Below are positions 40,631-55,020 of a stretch of DNA of 64,000 nt, piece by piece (the stretch's first letter is position 1; every line of letters begins with the position of its first letter). The DNA is from the human T2T-CHM13v2.0 reference genome, Homo sapiens. The stretch lies in assembly GCF_009914755.1 (NCBI RefSeq), contig NC_060944.1. One strand, written 5' to 3'. The notes below the pieces were generated by a model. That model worked only from the letters and a program-made list of their open reading frames with translations. It was not told the DNA's origin and ran no database searches. Made by a program: the position numbers and the translations under genes.

Positions 40631-41543
40631 TAAAATTATTGTTGTTTTAATATTGGTTATGAAAATATTGCAAAGTGAATGAAGAACTCTCCTTTTACCC
40701 AATTTTTTTGTTCAATTTTGTACGTGAACAGTTTAAGGAATCTTTTAACGGAATTTTTAAAAACACTTGGAGGCGGTGACTCTTTAAAAGCTAAACCATG
40801 AAATGTTACCATCAGAAAAGAGCTGCTGCTGCCATTTACAAGCATTAACCAAATCCTCAAGAATTAAGCTAGAACTGAGCACATTCTTAACAAGGTGGTT
40901 TCGAGTTTTCAGATACATCTTTATTTCTTCAGCTCATTTGCAAATACTTATCTCTGATTTAAATCATTCAAATGACTTCAGGAACACAATGGAAGCAGAG
41001 CAGAACTAAGTGTTTCCAACTGTCAGGTCTGGTGAGGGATGATGTAAAACGGGACATTTAGCTGGCATCCTGCATAGTCTTTAAATAGAATTAACAAAAG
41101 CTTCCACGTTTCAATGGCTAAAGGTAGTGTTTATTGTAAAGGCAGCATGCCTGGAGACCTAAGAGTGGGAGTAGGGGGGTGGGCATGGGCACGTGTGGGT
41201 GCAGGCAGGGCATTCTGAGGGGTCAGTTGAAAGGCTCTGTCTCTGGATTCAGCTTTAACTGGTTCTAAAATAATGAAGCAGAAATGACTTTCCTTCTCTC
41301 TCTGGTGTCAGCTTCAAATGAATTATGGATACTGAACCTACAGAGGTAATGCTGATTAAATAATTGAACAATCCATTGATTAACTACAGATTGTCAATTG
41401 GAATAATCTGTCGACGACCTGACTGCCCACCTTTAGCATTTAGACAGTATTTTAATGTTAATGAGGTTTTGAACTTTTTGTGCTTTTGGTTTGGTGGGGG
41501 TTTTTTTTGTTAGTTTTTGAGGGTTTTTGGTGGGTTTTTTATT

Positions 41544-42177
<634 letters not shown>

Positions 42178-42189
42178 GCCCTTAATTTA

Positions 42190-42740
<551 letters not shown>

Positions 42741-44279
42741 AGTGCTCTCTCAGTACTTTTTGGTCATAACTCTTAAATAAGTGTAATAATAATAAAAAAT
42801 AATAATAATGTCTGCCATTCATAGCATTGTACTTCTTCTGCCTTTGTAGTGTAGTTCATTTTGAATCCCAGATAGGGACTCATAGATTTTTTTCTTTTTA
42901 ATATTTAAAAAATCTCAGATTTGTTGACTTAAAATCCATATAGTTTTTTTTTTAAATGTGGACCTAGAACTGAGTATTATTGGGGGAAAAAAAACATTGT
43001 AAATTAGTAAGTAGTGTGGTTCATGGGATCATCAACTGTTAGCGCTGGGAGGAATAGTATTTTTCTGACCCATTTTATTTTGGGAATGAAGAATCTGAGG
43101 TGGGAGAATCTCTGGTTTTATACAACAGTAGGTTGCCCATGGCTTTCTTTCTGAGGAGACTGGGGGAGACACTTGGATAAGAGAAGGACTTCTGTGAACA
43201 AGGGGGTATGCTTTTCTAAAAATGATTTGATTAATCCTTGAAAATATCCTTCTACGAGGCACAGAGGGAAATCCTCCCTACCCCCGAATAATGCACAAGA
43301 CCTTACTGGTCTACAAAGGTCCTGCAGATAGAACTAAGGACAAGAGAATTCCTATGCCGCTGTAATGGCCTACATAGGAAAAGCATTCTTCTTGTTGTTG
43401 AATAAGAAAACATAACATCCTCCAGATTTCTACCAGTGTTTTTCTTATGACTGGAAATAGTAAGTAGAACAATGTCATACTTGGACAACTATATTCAAAC
43501 TGGCTAATAGTTTTGTTAATTGGGACTACAAATGAGAAATAGAAGTCCCATGATGACCTAGTCCATTGAAGTGTCAAGTTTAAGTCTCCTAGTTCAGAAT
43601 CAAAGGGAGCAGCTATAGGGTGAGAAGCAATCGCGTCCATAATTCCGTTGACAGCAGTTTTCTTCGGGCTTTGATTCATAGCTCATCTGCTCCCTGCTGA
43701 TTGCCCTGAGCTCAGCAATGCCATGCTGGTTTCCATGGTGCTGATTTGCATACCAAACCAGGACTTGTATTTTTGTGTTTGCCTCACACATTTCCAGTGC
43801 TAAGTGTTCTTCTAAGAAAGGGATTAGCACGCTAGCCAATTAAGGGAGTTTGCCAGAAATAAAGCACCCAGGGAATTTTTCTTCAGGTTATATATTGCTA
43901 CTGCTATGCCTAAGTACTGATATGGTTGATTGGTTTTCTTAGGTCAGCAATGAGTCTTAAAGATAAAATTTCTACTGTGTAATCTTTAGTGTTTTCTTTT
44001 TTTTTTCAACTATCTTTTAATCAGTTTCAAACATTTCAGTGATTAAAAGAGAGATTTGTTGTGGTTTTGTTGTGGAGCAGAAATGGATTTCAAGGAGTTT
44101 ACCTTCAGAGCTTTTGTTTTTGTTACGGTGGGTCTCTCTAGTGGAAAAAAAATTTCCCCATCCCTTTGGAAATATTTTCTTTAAAGGAAATCATGTTTTT
44201 AAAACAAATTATCGAAATCAGCTTTCTAATCAATTTGAATCATCTGAACAAAAGCTGGAAAATGTTTAGTTGTAAATTT

Positions 44280-45190
44280 CACCAATGAATACTACTTAGC
44301 AACACAAAGTTGAATGAAGTTCAACTGTTAGTCCCAAGCTTATGGATCAATCTCAAAACATGATGCTGAGTGAAAGAAGCCTTTTACCAAGAGTATATAC
44401 TGTTTTATTGCATTTAGATGAATTTATAGGACAAACCAAATTAATCTATGGTGAAAAAAGAAACAGCAGTTGCCTCTGGGTGCTGGGACAGGGATGGCCT
44501 GGAAAGGGGTATTTGGGGGCTGTCTAGGGTGATGAAAATGGTCCATTAATCATCATTTATCTTTTGTTTGTTTTGTTTAATTTCCATTTTTATTTTAGAT
44601 TCAGGGGTTACATGTGCAGGTTGGTTACAAGGATATATTGTGTGATGCTGATCCCGTCACCCAGATAGTTTTTCAGTCCTTGACCCCCTCCCACTCTCCC
44701 TCCTTTTGGAGCCCCCGTGTCTATCGTTTCCATCTTGATGTCTGTGTTTACCCAAGATTAACTCCCACTTATAAGTGAGAACATGTGATATTGGTTTTCT
44801 GGCTTTGTGTTAATTTGCTTAGGATTAAGGCCTCTAGCTGCATCCACGTTGCTGTAGAGGACATGATTTGTTATTTTTTGTGGCTGCTGCATAGTATTCT
44901 ATGGTGTATATGCACCCCCACTGATGGGCACCTGGGTTGATGCCATGTCTTTTCTGTTGTGATTAGTGCTACAGTTTTATACTACTCTCACCAGCAATGA
45001 GTAAGCTTTCCCTTTTTTCTACAGCTTCACCAACATCTGTTATTTTTTGGCTTTTTAAGAATAAAAAATGGTCTATATTTTGTTAGGAGTTTAGGTTATG
45101 TGTGTGCATTCATCAAAACTTGTAAATGCCCACTTGGGATGTATTCATTTCACTGTATATAAATTTTACCTGAATGTAAAAAACAATCTG
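44280..45190 (+). mobile_element. L1ME 3' end interrupted by an opposite-strand L1
   Basis: atggatcaatctcaaaacatgatgctgagtgaaagaagcc...aaattaatctatggtga; resumes after 45060 with cattcatcaaaact...catttcactgtatataaattttacct. Confidence 0.7.
44560..45062 (-). mobile_element. L1PB/late L1PA 3' end with internal deletions
   Basis: ttttattttagattcaggggttacatgtgcaggttggttaca...ctcccacttataagtgagaacatg; flanked by aaaatggtc on both sides (probable TSD). Confidence 0.85.
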
Positions 45191-46019
45191 TAAAAATAAT
45201 GTTCTTCATTGTAAAATCTAGAGTGATCGTTATCAAAGACTTAGAAAAACTAGAAACTGAGAAAAGGTGGTATGATTTGTGGCAGTTCAATTGGCAGAAT
45301 TTAGAAATCATGAATAGATATGTTTATTCTGCTATTTCAAATACTTATGTGAATCTCTAGAGCCATGTGGGAAGATATCTGCTTCCTGAAGCTCTGCATT
45401 CATTTATAGTTTTATGTGGTCAGGGAGGATTTGATTGAGTTGGAAAGTGGATCATTTGTACTTCACTTTGATCCATCTTCCTTTTTAGAAACGAGAGAAA
45501 AGGCATCTGTGATTGTGCCTCTGATTGGGTGGCATCCAAAATCTTGTTTCTCAGGGTGAGCTTAGGGTTCATCTCTATTAAACGTATCATTTGTCAGACA
45601 TTGGCATGTCTAGTGATTCGGAAAGCCCTTGGAGTAGCACAGAAATGCTATCATAACTCCGGAGTGATCTTTTGCCCTTACCAGTACTTTGGCTTTTTTA
45701 AGTTGCCACTTGAACTTGGGTAAGAGGCCAAGGAGGTGGTGGCTGAGGCAGTCAAATCTTGTGGAATGTGGCTGTCAATTGATGCCCTAAAGTTAAGGTT
45801 GGTCTGTATTCCACAATTGACAAAAACACATATACAGTTGTGGGCCCAGAATTGGAGTGATGAGAAGACCTTGCATAATGTCTACACAGGAGGAGAGCAA
45901 GCCTTTAAACTCCAACTGCCTTGTGAATGTTCTTCTCTTTTGATGTCCCCTCTTCCCTCTCACTGCTCAACCTCTAAGTCCATGCTGCTTGCATATACAG
46001 ATAACGGTGAGTTGCAGAT

Positions 46020-46350
46020 GATATTATAGGTGGCCTATCCAGATCCATGTCACCTGGCCTGTGCTTTTAGAGCCAGCTGCTGTGAGGATTAGTTGGGAAG
46101 ACTCACAGCTGCCTTCACTCTCAGAGAGTTATCCTTGATTGCTGGAAGTTATCTAGCCAGGGTTGGTTATAGATCTACCCACCCACCAATGACATCCCCT
46201 CTCCCCGCCTCCTCACGTCCGCTTCTCAAGCGCGCATACAATTCTTCTACCCCGCAAAAGCCTACAGGACTATCCCATTCCCACAGTTAGGAATGACTCC
46301 ATGGTACTTTTCATGGTCCAGAGCTCTCTGTGGGATCAGGCCAAAAACTG
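46020..46350 (+). mobile_element. LTR16-like ERVL LTR fragment
   Basis: cctatccagatcc...ccagctgctgtgag and tccagagctctctgtgggatcaggcc resemble LTR16. Confidence 0.45.
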
Positions 46351-47129
46351 CACTTTATTTATCTTCTTCATGAAGATGGTGAAGAATCTCAACAGACCTT
46401 CAAAGAGATCAAGGCTTGCATCTAAGACAGGATCAATGATTGCCTCTAAGAAGAAATTACACCTGGATATTTGGGTACCTGTAATTAGGTGTTGGCTATG
46501 TTAATGTTTTGCCTGCTGTGAAGCTACTGCATGCGGTGCTTGGGTAGTGCCACTCTTCTTACATGAGGCAGAACCAAGAGGAATGACCCTCCCACATAGT
46601 AATGAAGGGGAAAAAACAAGGCAAAGCATGTTTATTTTTAACATTTTGCTCTTCTTAAAAGGGCATCGTTTACACCCATTCCATCTGTAGAACTTTCAAC
46701 ACAAGGGACACATACTGAAGTAATATAAACTCTGACCTTGAGTTATTAGAATATGCCAGAGACTTTGTAGTTCCTGAGAGCCACAAGCCTCCATCTTTTC
46801 TCTATAGAAAAAAAAAAAGGCTTAAATCATTGGTCAGCTCTCCTGTGCTTGAAATTGTCACCGTTTGAAGAGTGGCTGTCCTTTTCAAAATATTTGGCAT
46901 TATAGAGTCACAGAAAAAGTGTTAACTATTCTGTGCATTTACTTATGTTGAAAATGATGTCATGTATATTTGTATTTAATAAAATGTGAAAGGAAAGGAA
47001 AATAAGTTCTTTTCAAAATAAAATTTTGGTGCCCCGGAAGGTTTCTCAGCCTGCCTGCAGCATGAGTTTTACTTAAAGCAAAAAGCACTAGCATTTTTTT
47101 TAATATAATGGGATGCAATAGAAGATAAC

Positions 47130-47575
47130 TATATCAATCACCTATTTGTAAAATAGTGCTGTGTAACAAACTATCTCAAATTAAAATAATTAAATTAGCT
47201 CAGGTATTTTTAGTTTGTCAACATAGACTGGGCTCAGCTGGCAGTTCTTCTGGTTCTGGCTGGGCTCGCATGTGCCTGGCAGCTGGCTGGTGTTTGAGAT
47301 GATGGAGACAATGAAGCTACATGGTTCTCATTCTCCAGCAGGCCACTCTGAGCATGTTCTCATGGTGGTGACAGAAGAGCAAAGATGAGAGCAAGCAAGG
47401 CACTTACACCCTTTCAAGCCTCCACCTGTGTCTTACTTCCTAAGATCTTATTGACTAAAGAATGTCACCTAGTAAAGCATAAGGTCACTGTAGGAGGTCA
47501 ATACAAGATTAATGATCAAATATGTGAATGCTGGGAGGAGCAAAGAATTGGACACATTGAGAAAATCTACCTTAT
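47130..47575 (-). mobile_element. MaLR solo LTR (MLT1H-like)
   Basis: gtgctgtgtaacaaactatctcaaa, ctgggctcagctggcagttcttctgg and ttctccagcaggcc...catgttctcatggtggtgacagaagagcaa. Confidence 0.75.
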
Positions 47576-48434
47576 ACAAGAATATACATACATAGGAAAT
47601 TTTATTAAGTGAAACATGAAACTCACTAGCTAGAACCCCAAAGCTACAATGTACTTCACATTTTCTCTCTGTTTTCTTTCCAGAATCTTGCTCCTACTCA
47701 CTGACCTTGACCTTTCTCATTTTGAACACTTCATTTCTGTTTCTTGGAATATCTGTTTTTCTTTTCTATCCAAATCCAAAATATTCCTCAAAGCCCAGCT
47801 CAAGTTTATACTTTCCTGGAAGCCTAATATCTGTGTCATTGTTCAAGTTTGTTTTTATATTACTTTATAGTCATGATTATTTTTATCTGTATAACAATGT
47901 CTTGTTGCTTCAATGTAGTCTAAGCTCCTTCAAGTAAGGAACCATGTCTTATACTTACTTGACTCTCCCGAAGTAGGCTTATTGTATAGTAAGAGTTTAA
48001 TAGTAAGTTGATTGACAGGTAGTTCCATTTTCAAAGTTCTATGCTAATCCCTTTTTTCTTTGTCTCTGCCAACATTATCTTCCTCTACATCTGAGATGGC
48101 ATCTCGAGAGTCATCTTCAGTCCATTAGTAACAGCTGTCTTGGAGAATTATATAAAGAACAACTCTAGCCATAACTAGGAAAGTTGGAATGAGAGCTACC
48201 ATAGATTAGTAATGTCTGCCATAAATAGAGGAAGGGGATAGGCCATTCATATTTACTACCAAAATAGTTCTTAATTTTTTTTCGGAGTTGTATCTTATCT
48301 TCTAAGCTCAGTGGAGAAATAGTAATGATATTCATTGAAGGGAAATGATAGTGATGGCAAAATATCAGAATATATGTAAGAAGCCATATATTCAGGAAAA
48401 ATCACTTAATAATAGGCAGTATTATGCCCACAGA

Positions 48435-48660
48435 AGGGCTTTCAGCCAACAGACTTGACTTCAAATTCTGGTTCTGCTGATTACTATCACTGTGACTTTA
48501 GGCAAGCTATATAACCTTTGTCTGCCTCAGTTTCCCTATGTGCTAATAAATGGCACCAAATGAGGGTTGTTTTGAGGACTTAATGAATTAATATACTCAA
48601 AACGCTTAGCATTTGTCTTGGCCCATAGTAAGCACTGAATAAAATACTAGCTACTATTTT
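48435..48660 (+). mobile_element. MIR
   Basis: ttcaaattctggttctgct...ctgtgactttaggcaagctatataacctttgtctgcctcagtttccct. Confidence 0.82.
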
Positions 48661-48869
48661 TTATTAAGTAGTGGTAAAAATTACAAATAGGTAAAACATA
48701 CCTTTAAAGTTAAGATACAATGTAACTCCTCCATTTGAAATCTTAGATGAGGGCAGTTGATGAGAGGAAGGGGAGGTGAGTGACCCTGGGCCTAACAGAG
48801 AGCTAGGCTATTCCTATGATACCAGGAACAACTTTGAGCAATGATTTTGCCAGCTACTGGCACTTTATT

Positions 48870-49200
48870 TCAGTCATATTTAATTAGAGACACAGAGCCA
48901 CTAATCAAGATTGGTTACCGGATTTGACCTTATGCAATTGTGGAAGCTATTAAACAGTCCCTATGAGTCTGTAGTCTTCACATCTGAGGATGGAGCTCAA
49001 AGCCAACAGGGAAGGAAGGATGGATATAAAGTGGGGGAGAGCAAGGCAAGCTGGGCTCATGAGCTAGAGCCAGACCTTAGGAGAACAGACTGGAACTCAG
49101 GTCAGTTCTTACTTCTTCCATCCTTGGACTAAGCAGGGATCCTGTAGGAGAAGCTGGCTCCTTCGTCATGGAGCTGAACATATGTCTGACCGAGGAAGTA
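48870..49200. mobile_element. Old ERVL-class LTR fragment (family uncertain)
   Basis: gatttgaccttatgcaattgtggaagct...gtcttcacatctgaggatggagc resembles an ERVL LTR. Confidence 0.4.
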
Positions 49201-51209
49201 ACATATATGTAGGGACAGAAAAGGGTGAAGCAATTGCATGCAAAATAAGTGAGCCACCAAAAAAGTGACAAAGGGCACCTGCCCTGACCTGAGTGGGAAG
49301 AGAAGTGGGGACACTTTAGTTTGTTTTTCCAGATTTTCTGCAAAATGTCTCTTGTGGCTCATGGTAATCATAAACAGTGGGAAATCTTGTTAACCCTAGT
49401 TAAGCTGACACATTTTGAAGAGTCACCATACTCCTCTAGTGACCATGTGGTACAACAGAAAGAGAAATAACTGGCCTTCAAGTCAAAAGATCTGGAAGTG
49501 TAACCTTGGCCAAAATCACTTACCCTTTCTCACTTGTGTTCTTGTGTTCTTAGTTTTCTTATGTATAAAATGAGGGAGGAAGGTGGGCTTTTTCATCCTT
49601 AAGGTCCCTTCCAGCTCTTAGTCTGTAATTTTGTCACCTTACTGCCTACTTTCATTAAGTTTCTTGTGTCTGCCGGTCTTGCTTACATATTTCCTGCTAT
49701 TCTGCCCCAAGACAGCCAGCCAAGCCAAAATGAGCGTAGGCAAGGGAAAGAAGCCTGAGTGTTTGCCTAAACACTTAGGGCTGCTGAAGTCAGATGCTGA
49801 GGGCAAAGGGCAACCGTAAGTGATGGAATTAAATGTTTACTGTGTTAACCGTTGACCACTCATGGATTTCAGAGAAAGCTGACCATATTGATTGGAGTTT
49901 TCACTCCTGTTTTTCTAATGATATGCAATCTTAACTAAATCTGCCAGCTCTCAGGGGGTTGAACGCTATTCAGCAACATTAATTTCTTTGCCTACTTCCA
50001 GTTACCAGCAATTATAATCTTGGCAGTTTTACTCACCTTGAATAAGCACTTGTATGCTTTATTGATATCTGGCAGAGCTGGCTCCTTCCATGCAAAGACC
50101 CACTTATGTTTCTGACACTGCTAACTCTACAAAGCGCTCAAGCTGCAGATCAACATTTGTTGGACATTCTGGGGGAAGATGTTATTTCTGAATATGGCAG
50201 GACAGAAAGTTCCAAGAAAGCTCAAAGAAATTGTGTTTATATGCTCTTAGACACATTTTTTTCCATCCCCTCCCCTCAAAATCAGTGAATGAGCCAGTCC
50301 TGAAAGACACTTGGCACAGTTTCACAGTCTCTTATTGACAATTTCCTTGCTGGGAATTCACCTAGCCTGGAGAGAGCGATCTTGCCTGTAATGACTCCTT
50401 CTTTATAGCATACAATCAATTAGTGCTTATCCAATATTTAAGACCCAGCCCCTCACGCCAATTCAGGACAGTTCTGTTGGTCAGTCTCAACCCGGAGTTC
50501 CCATGAGATTGGCCGAGACTTCTATGGCAACTGTAACACAGCCAAACTTCTGCTTTTACCCCAACTACTCCCTTCCATAGTTATTAATCCCAGAACTATT
50601 CTCTAATAAATGCCTATATACAAACCCCTATCTCCGGGTTTACTTTTCCAAGGAATCAGTGATATAACTGCCATGACAATGAAAGAGATCAAAATTTGGG
50701 AGACAGAAAGACGAGGGGTGGGAAGTTGAATATTTTTCCTCATTTATAACATGATCTGGTTGGGAGGATTCAAGGCAGACCAGTTAGTACAGATCCCCAG
50801 TCCCTTTTGGGGATCATAGGACTCTTGTTTTATCCCCTCACGGCATTTATCACCTTCTCTCATAAAAAATTTATTTATTTATTATGTTTTATGTTGTTTG
50901 CCTACTTTCTGTCTATACCCACCCCCGGCCCAGATACCCTCAAACAAGAAAGTAAAACCCACCAAGATGAAGTTCTTTGGTTTGTTCACCAGTGGATTTC
51001 AAACACATAATAGATGGCAATAAATGCTAAGTGAATGAATGAATGAATGAGTGAATGAATACAGTCAGGGAGAAGAGCTGGGAGGCCATGACAGTAATGT
51101 AGGTGAGCAGGGATAGAGGCTGAATGACATCAAAGAATGGGGATGAGAAGTGGATAGAGTCTAAGGTTTTGTGGATAATAGAATGCATAAAAGTGCTTTA
51201 GAAACACAT

Positions 51210-51310
51210 AAAGTTCTCACACTTGAGGGTACATCAGATTCCCTTGGAGGGCCTCTTAAAACACAGATTACTGGGCCCTATCCCCAGAATGGATGATTCT
51301 GGATGTCTGT
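51210..51310. mobile_element. MER5A fragment
   Basis: gttctcacacttgagggtacatcagattcccttggagggcctcttaaaacacagattactgggccc. Confidence 0.75.
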
Positions 51311-53149
51311 AATCAAAGTCCCGTTTGGGTCATTATTTATTTTAGCAACATCCACCATCATAGATTGTGAGCCCCATGGTAGGAGGGGCTGTGCCACTCT
51401 GATCACACAGGCTGTCTTTCATCACTAGTGGAGTGTTTGGCACAAGCTAGTACTCAGCAAGATTTGTTGAGTGAGTAATTTACACCCCCCCATCCCCCCG
51501 ACACACACACACAACACCATGCAAATCTATGCAATCAGGGCACTTGCAAATCCTTAGTATTATCAAAAGAAAAATGCAAATTCTAAGGCATTCTTATGCC
51601 CCAGTTTTGACCAGAATTGACCTGTGAAGATGAGCTCAACATCCAATCCAGATTATTCTTAGTGCTGTTCAGAGTGGGAGGATCAACAGCCTCTGCTGGT
51701 GTATGCTCTCACTAATCATTATCCTTATTTCCAGTTAATAAGGTTTTTGTCTATTTTATTCATTGTAGAAATAAAGAAAAGAGTTAGTGTTGACCTTGTA
51801 ACCATAAAGCTTCATAGTTTTAAAGTCAATTATTAAATAACCCATTCATCTTTCTTCTTTTAGTTTGTTTGAAACTCTCTTTTTTTAAAATTATTTTCTC
51901 CTGGGCACTACTGGCAACATTTATTTTTCTTCCATTGAGAATTCATTAAGAATTATTTCTTTTCTTTTTTTTTTTTGGAAATTTATCTAACATCTCAACT
52001 TCTTTATTGGAATACAGAGACCAACACTGAACTTGGAATTCATAAGTAAAATGGCAGTTACAACCAGATATTATTTCTCTTAAGCCTTATCTCTGTGATG
52101 CATCCTAGTATTCATAACTAGGTCTTAATCAAAAAATTATTTTGTAAATTTTTAGACAGTGTATGATGTTATATGACTTCTAGGACTTAAAAGTCTTTTG
52201 ACTTTTAAAAGTCAGAGATATGTATTTTCCTTTTTGACCTTACAGTCTACCACATTCATTATTAATTCCTAACCTGATTTTCTAGTGGGAGAAGGGGGAG
52301 GAATGAAACTTTCAAATAATGTAATGCACCTGAATTAAGACCATTTTGACTAGTCAAATGCAGATATGCAGATATTTTAGGCCTTCTGAACCTTTCATTT
52401 CATAGAAATAGAAATTGCCCCCCCCCTTTTTCTTTGGTAGTCATCCAGCTTGTTTCTCTGTTGTACAAATAAAACAGAAATTAGGACAGCGCTGAGATTG
52501 TTTTATTCATCCCTGAGTTCTCAGAGGTTAGCACAATACCTTCCACATAGAAGATGCACGGAAAATGTTTGTTGAATGATTACCAATAATGAAGTTTTAT
52601 TATCATTTTTATCCAAGGGCACTGTATTTCATTCTGTCTATACCCACTCCTGTGTTTATTTTTTTTGGGTTGTGTGACAATATTATGTTCCTGGAAAAGC
52701 AACTAAGAAAAAATTGAAAAAATAAATGTTTTCAGTGGGCCAATAAGATGGTTACTTTTGTGCATATTTTTGTGGTCTGATGTTCAAATAATACAATAGT
52801 CAGAGAATAAAATCCTTAAAAATAATGATTTATAATCTATTAAGTGTCAAAAGTGAGAGTAGTCATCCCTTCTTACTTTTATAAAATTGTCACTCTTTTT
52901 TGTTTGGTAAAAGTGATATCTTTTTACCAGCCCTTCCAACAGCTAATTCCTTCCACTGCCACTTAAAGTAGTCTGTGTTTAGCTGTATTACATTTATACC
53001 TACTCAACTTATCTTTTAGTAATGTAGTGTGTATTATATATAGGCACCCATACACATATGTTTAATTATGCAATGACTGCTTTCTTACAGCTTCTAGGAC
53101 ATGGGTCTTAGAGTCACAAAACCTAGTGTTGAAATCTTACTTCTATTAT

Positions 53150-53606
53150 TGCATCAGTTATTTACTGCCAAATAATGTTGCATAACTAATTACTCCCAAC
53201 CTCAGTGGCTTACGATAATAAGCATTTATTTAGCTCATGTATCTGTAGGTTGGAAATTTGAGTGGGGATCACCTGGGCAATTCTGGTCTTCTGGGCTGGC
53301 TCACTCATATGTCTGGCGAGTAGCTGACTTCTGTGATGGGGTGACTGGGTCATGTGTCTCTCATCATCCAGAAGGCTAGCCCAAGATTGTTCACATGGTC
53401 GCTGGGCAGGGCTCTGAGAGAGAGTGGAGAGCATCAGGCCCTTTGAGACCTAGGCTCAGCATGACACACTGTCACTCTGGTGCATTCTTGGCAAAGAAAA
53501 AAAAAAATTGCAAAGCTAGCTAGAATGAAGACTCCACTTTTTGAAGGCAAATGGTGTTGAGTACAAGAAGGAGGGGGTGACTTAGGGCCATCTATGTAGT
53601 CCACCA
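53150..53606 (-). mobile_element. MaLR solo LTR (MLT1F/G/H-like)
   Basis: tgcatcagtta...cctcagtggcttacgataataagcatttatttagctcatg...ccacca. Confidence 0.78.
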
Positions 53607-53816
53607 GAGCTATTCACAAGCTGACTTGGAACAGTTTATTCCAACCTTGGCTAGATAAACAAGGAGAGTTCATGCTTTTCTTTTTCTTATTGTGACCCCA
53701 TGGAGGGTGCATTACTCTAGTGAAATAAAGATTCTCCTTATTTACCACCAAGACATGGGAGTGAACCAGCATACATAATGTCACTATCCAACACTGGGAG
53801 GAAAGGAGAAGCCTCT

Positions 53817-53995
53817 TGGGGTGGGGGGAAGGGGGAGGGATAGCATTAGGAGATATACCTAATGCTAAATGATGAGTTAATGGGTGCAGCACACCAACAT
53901 GGCACATGTATACATAAGTAACAAAACTGCACGTTGTACACATGCACCCTAAAACTTAAAGTATAATAATAATAAAATTTTTTAAAAAAAGAAAG
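53817..53995 (+). mobile_element. Short young L1PA 3' end
   Basis: G-rich ggggtggggggaagggggagggatagcattaggagatatacctaatg...cctaaaacttaaagtataataataa plus an A tail. Confidence 0.95.
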
Positions 53996-54269
53996 AAAGT
54001 GTTTAGCACGAGGTTTTGGGTGAAGAAGATGAGACATGTGAGGTCCGGGGGCATGGCATTTTGGCTGCCTAGATATCCCAGGATTTAGGGGAATGCATAA
54101 CTTTCTCACTAAGTATATGATGAATGAGTAAATATGCTTCTCTATATGTTGTTATTGTGTTGTTGTTAATAAAGTGTGTTTTTCACACTGTAATCTTTCA
54201 GAGTAACACAGACTCATATACATATGAAATTGAGGACTGTGGGTATCAACTACAAAACATCCACGTAAT

Positions 54270-54505
54270 AGCAGTTAATACTATTTGTTACATGCCAGAC
54301 TCAGTTCTAGGAGCTCCCTTCTGGTAACACAGTTAATTTTTAGGAGGTAAGTATTAGGTAATATAAACTTCCCTATTTTGGAGATGAGGAAATTAGGTTC
54401 CTAGACATTAATTGTGTGTCCCGAAGTGACACAGCTAATAAATGGCAATGGCAAGATTTGCCCTCAGGCAGGAAAGCTCCAGGCTCAGAACCCTAAACCC
54501 CTATT
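54270..54505 (-). mobile_element. MIR
   Basis: ctattttggagatgaggaaattagg...gacacagctaataaatggca...ccctcaggcag. Confidence 0.65.
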
Positions 54506-54759
54506 CTACAGCTGTGGCTTCAGTTAGGGTTTCCATATGTGGTCACTGTTGTAATTCTGGCTTTCTTCCTTTGAACCAACTCTCAGGAAAACCAAACCAT
54601 GACTTGCATGTTGTTCCATGGGTGTTTTTCATCCTTCTCTGGCTTTGTCTTGACAAAGTCATTTGGTACATATCTAATAAGACTTTCCTTTGCCATCCAT
54701 TCACGTGTCATCAAGGAATGCAAAACAGTTTTAATGCAAAATACTTGTAATATTAGGAC

Positions 54760-55020
54760 AGAAAGAAAGAAGAAAGAAAGAAAGAAAGGGAGGGAGGGAG
54801 AGAGGGAGGGAGGGAGGGAGGGAAAGAGAGAGAAAGAAAAGAAAGAAAAAGGAAAGAAAGAAAGAGAGAAGAAGAAAAGAAGAAGAGGAAGAAGAGGAAG
54901 AAGAAGAGAAGAAAAGGAAGGAAGGAAAAGAAAGAAAGGGAAAATAGAAAAGGAAGGAAAGAAGAAAGGGAAGTAAAACAGGGAGGGAGATAAAGAAAGA
55001 AAGAGAGAGAGGAGAAAAAA
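54760..55020. repeat. ~260-bp polypurine (GA-rich) tract
   Basis: Mixed GAAA/GGGA/GAA units, almost no pyrimidines on the plus strand. Confidence 0.95.

Noticed and set aside
43311-43839. Overlapping ORFs, one with IQVLVWYANQ resembling homeodomain helix 3 (IQVWFQNRR)
   Set aside because: The rest of a homeodomain is absent, and there is no poly(A)/TSD to indicate a retrocopy.
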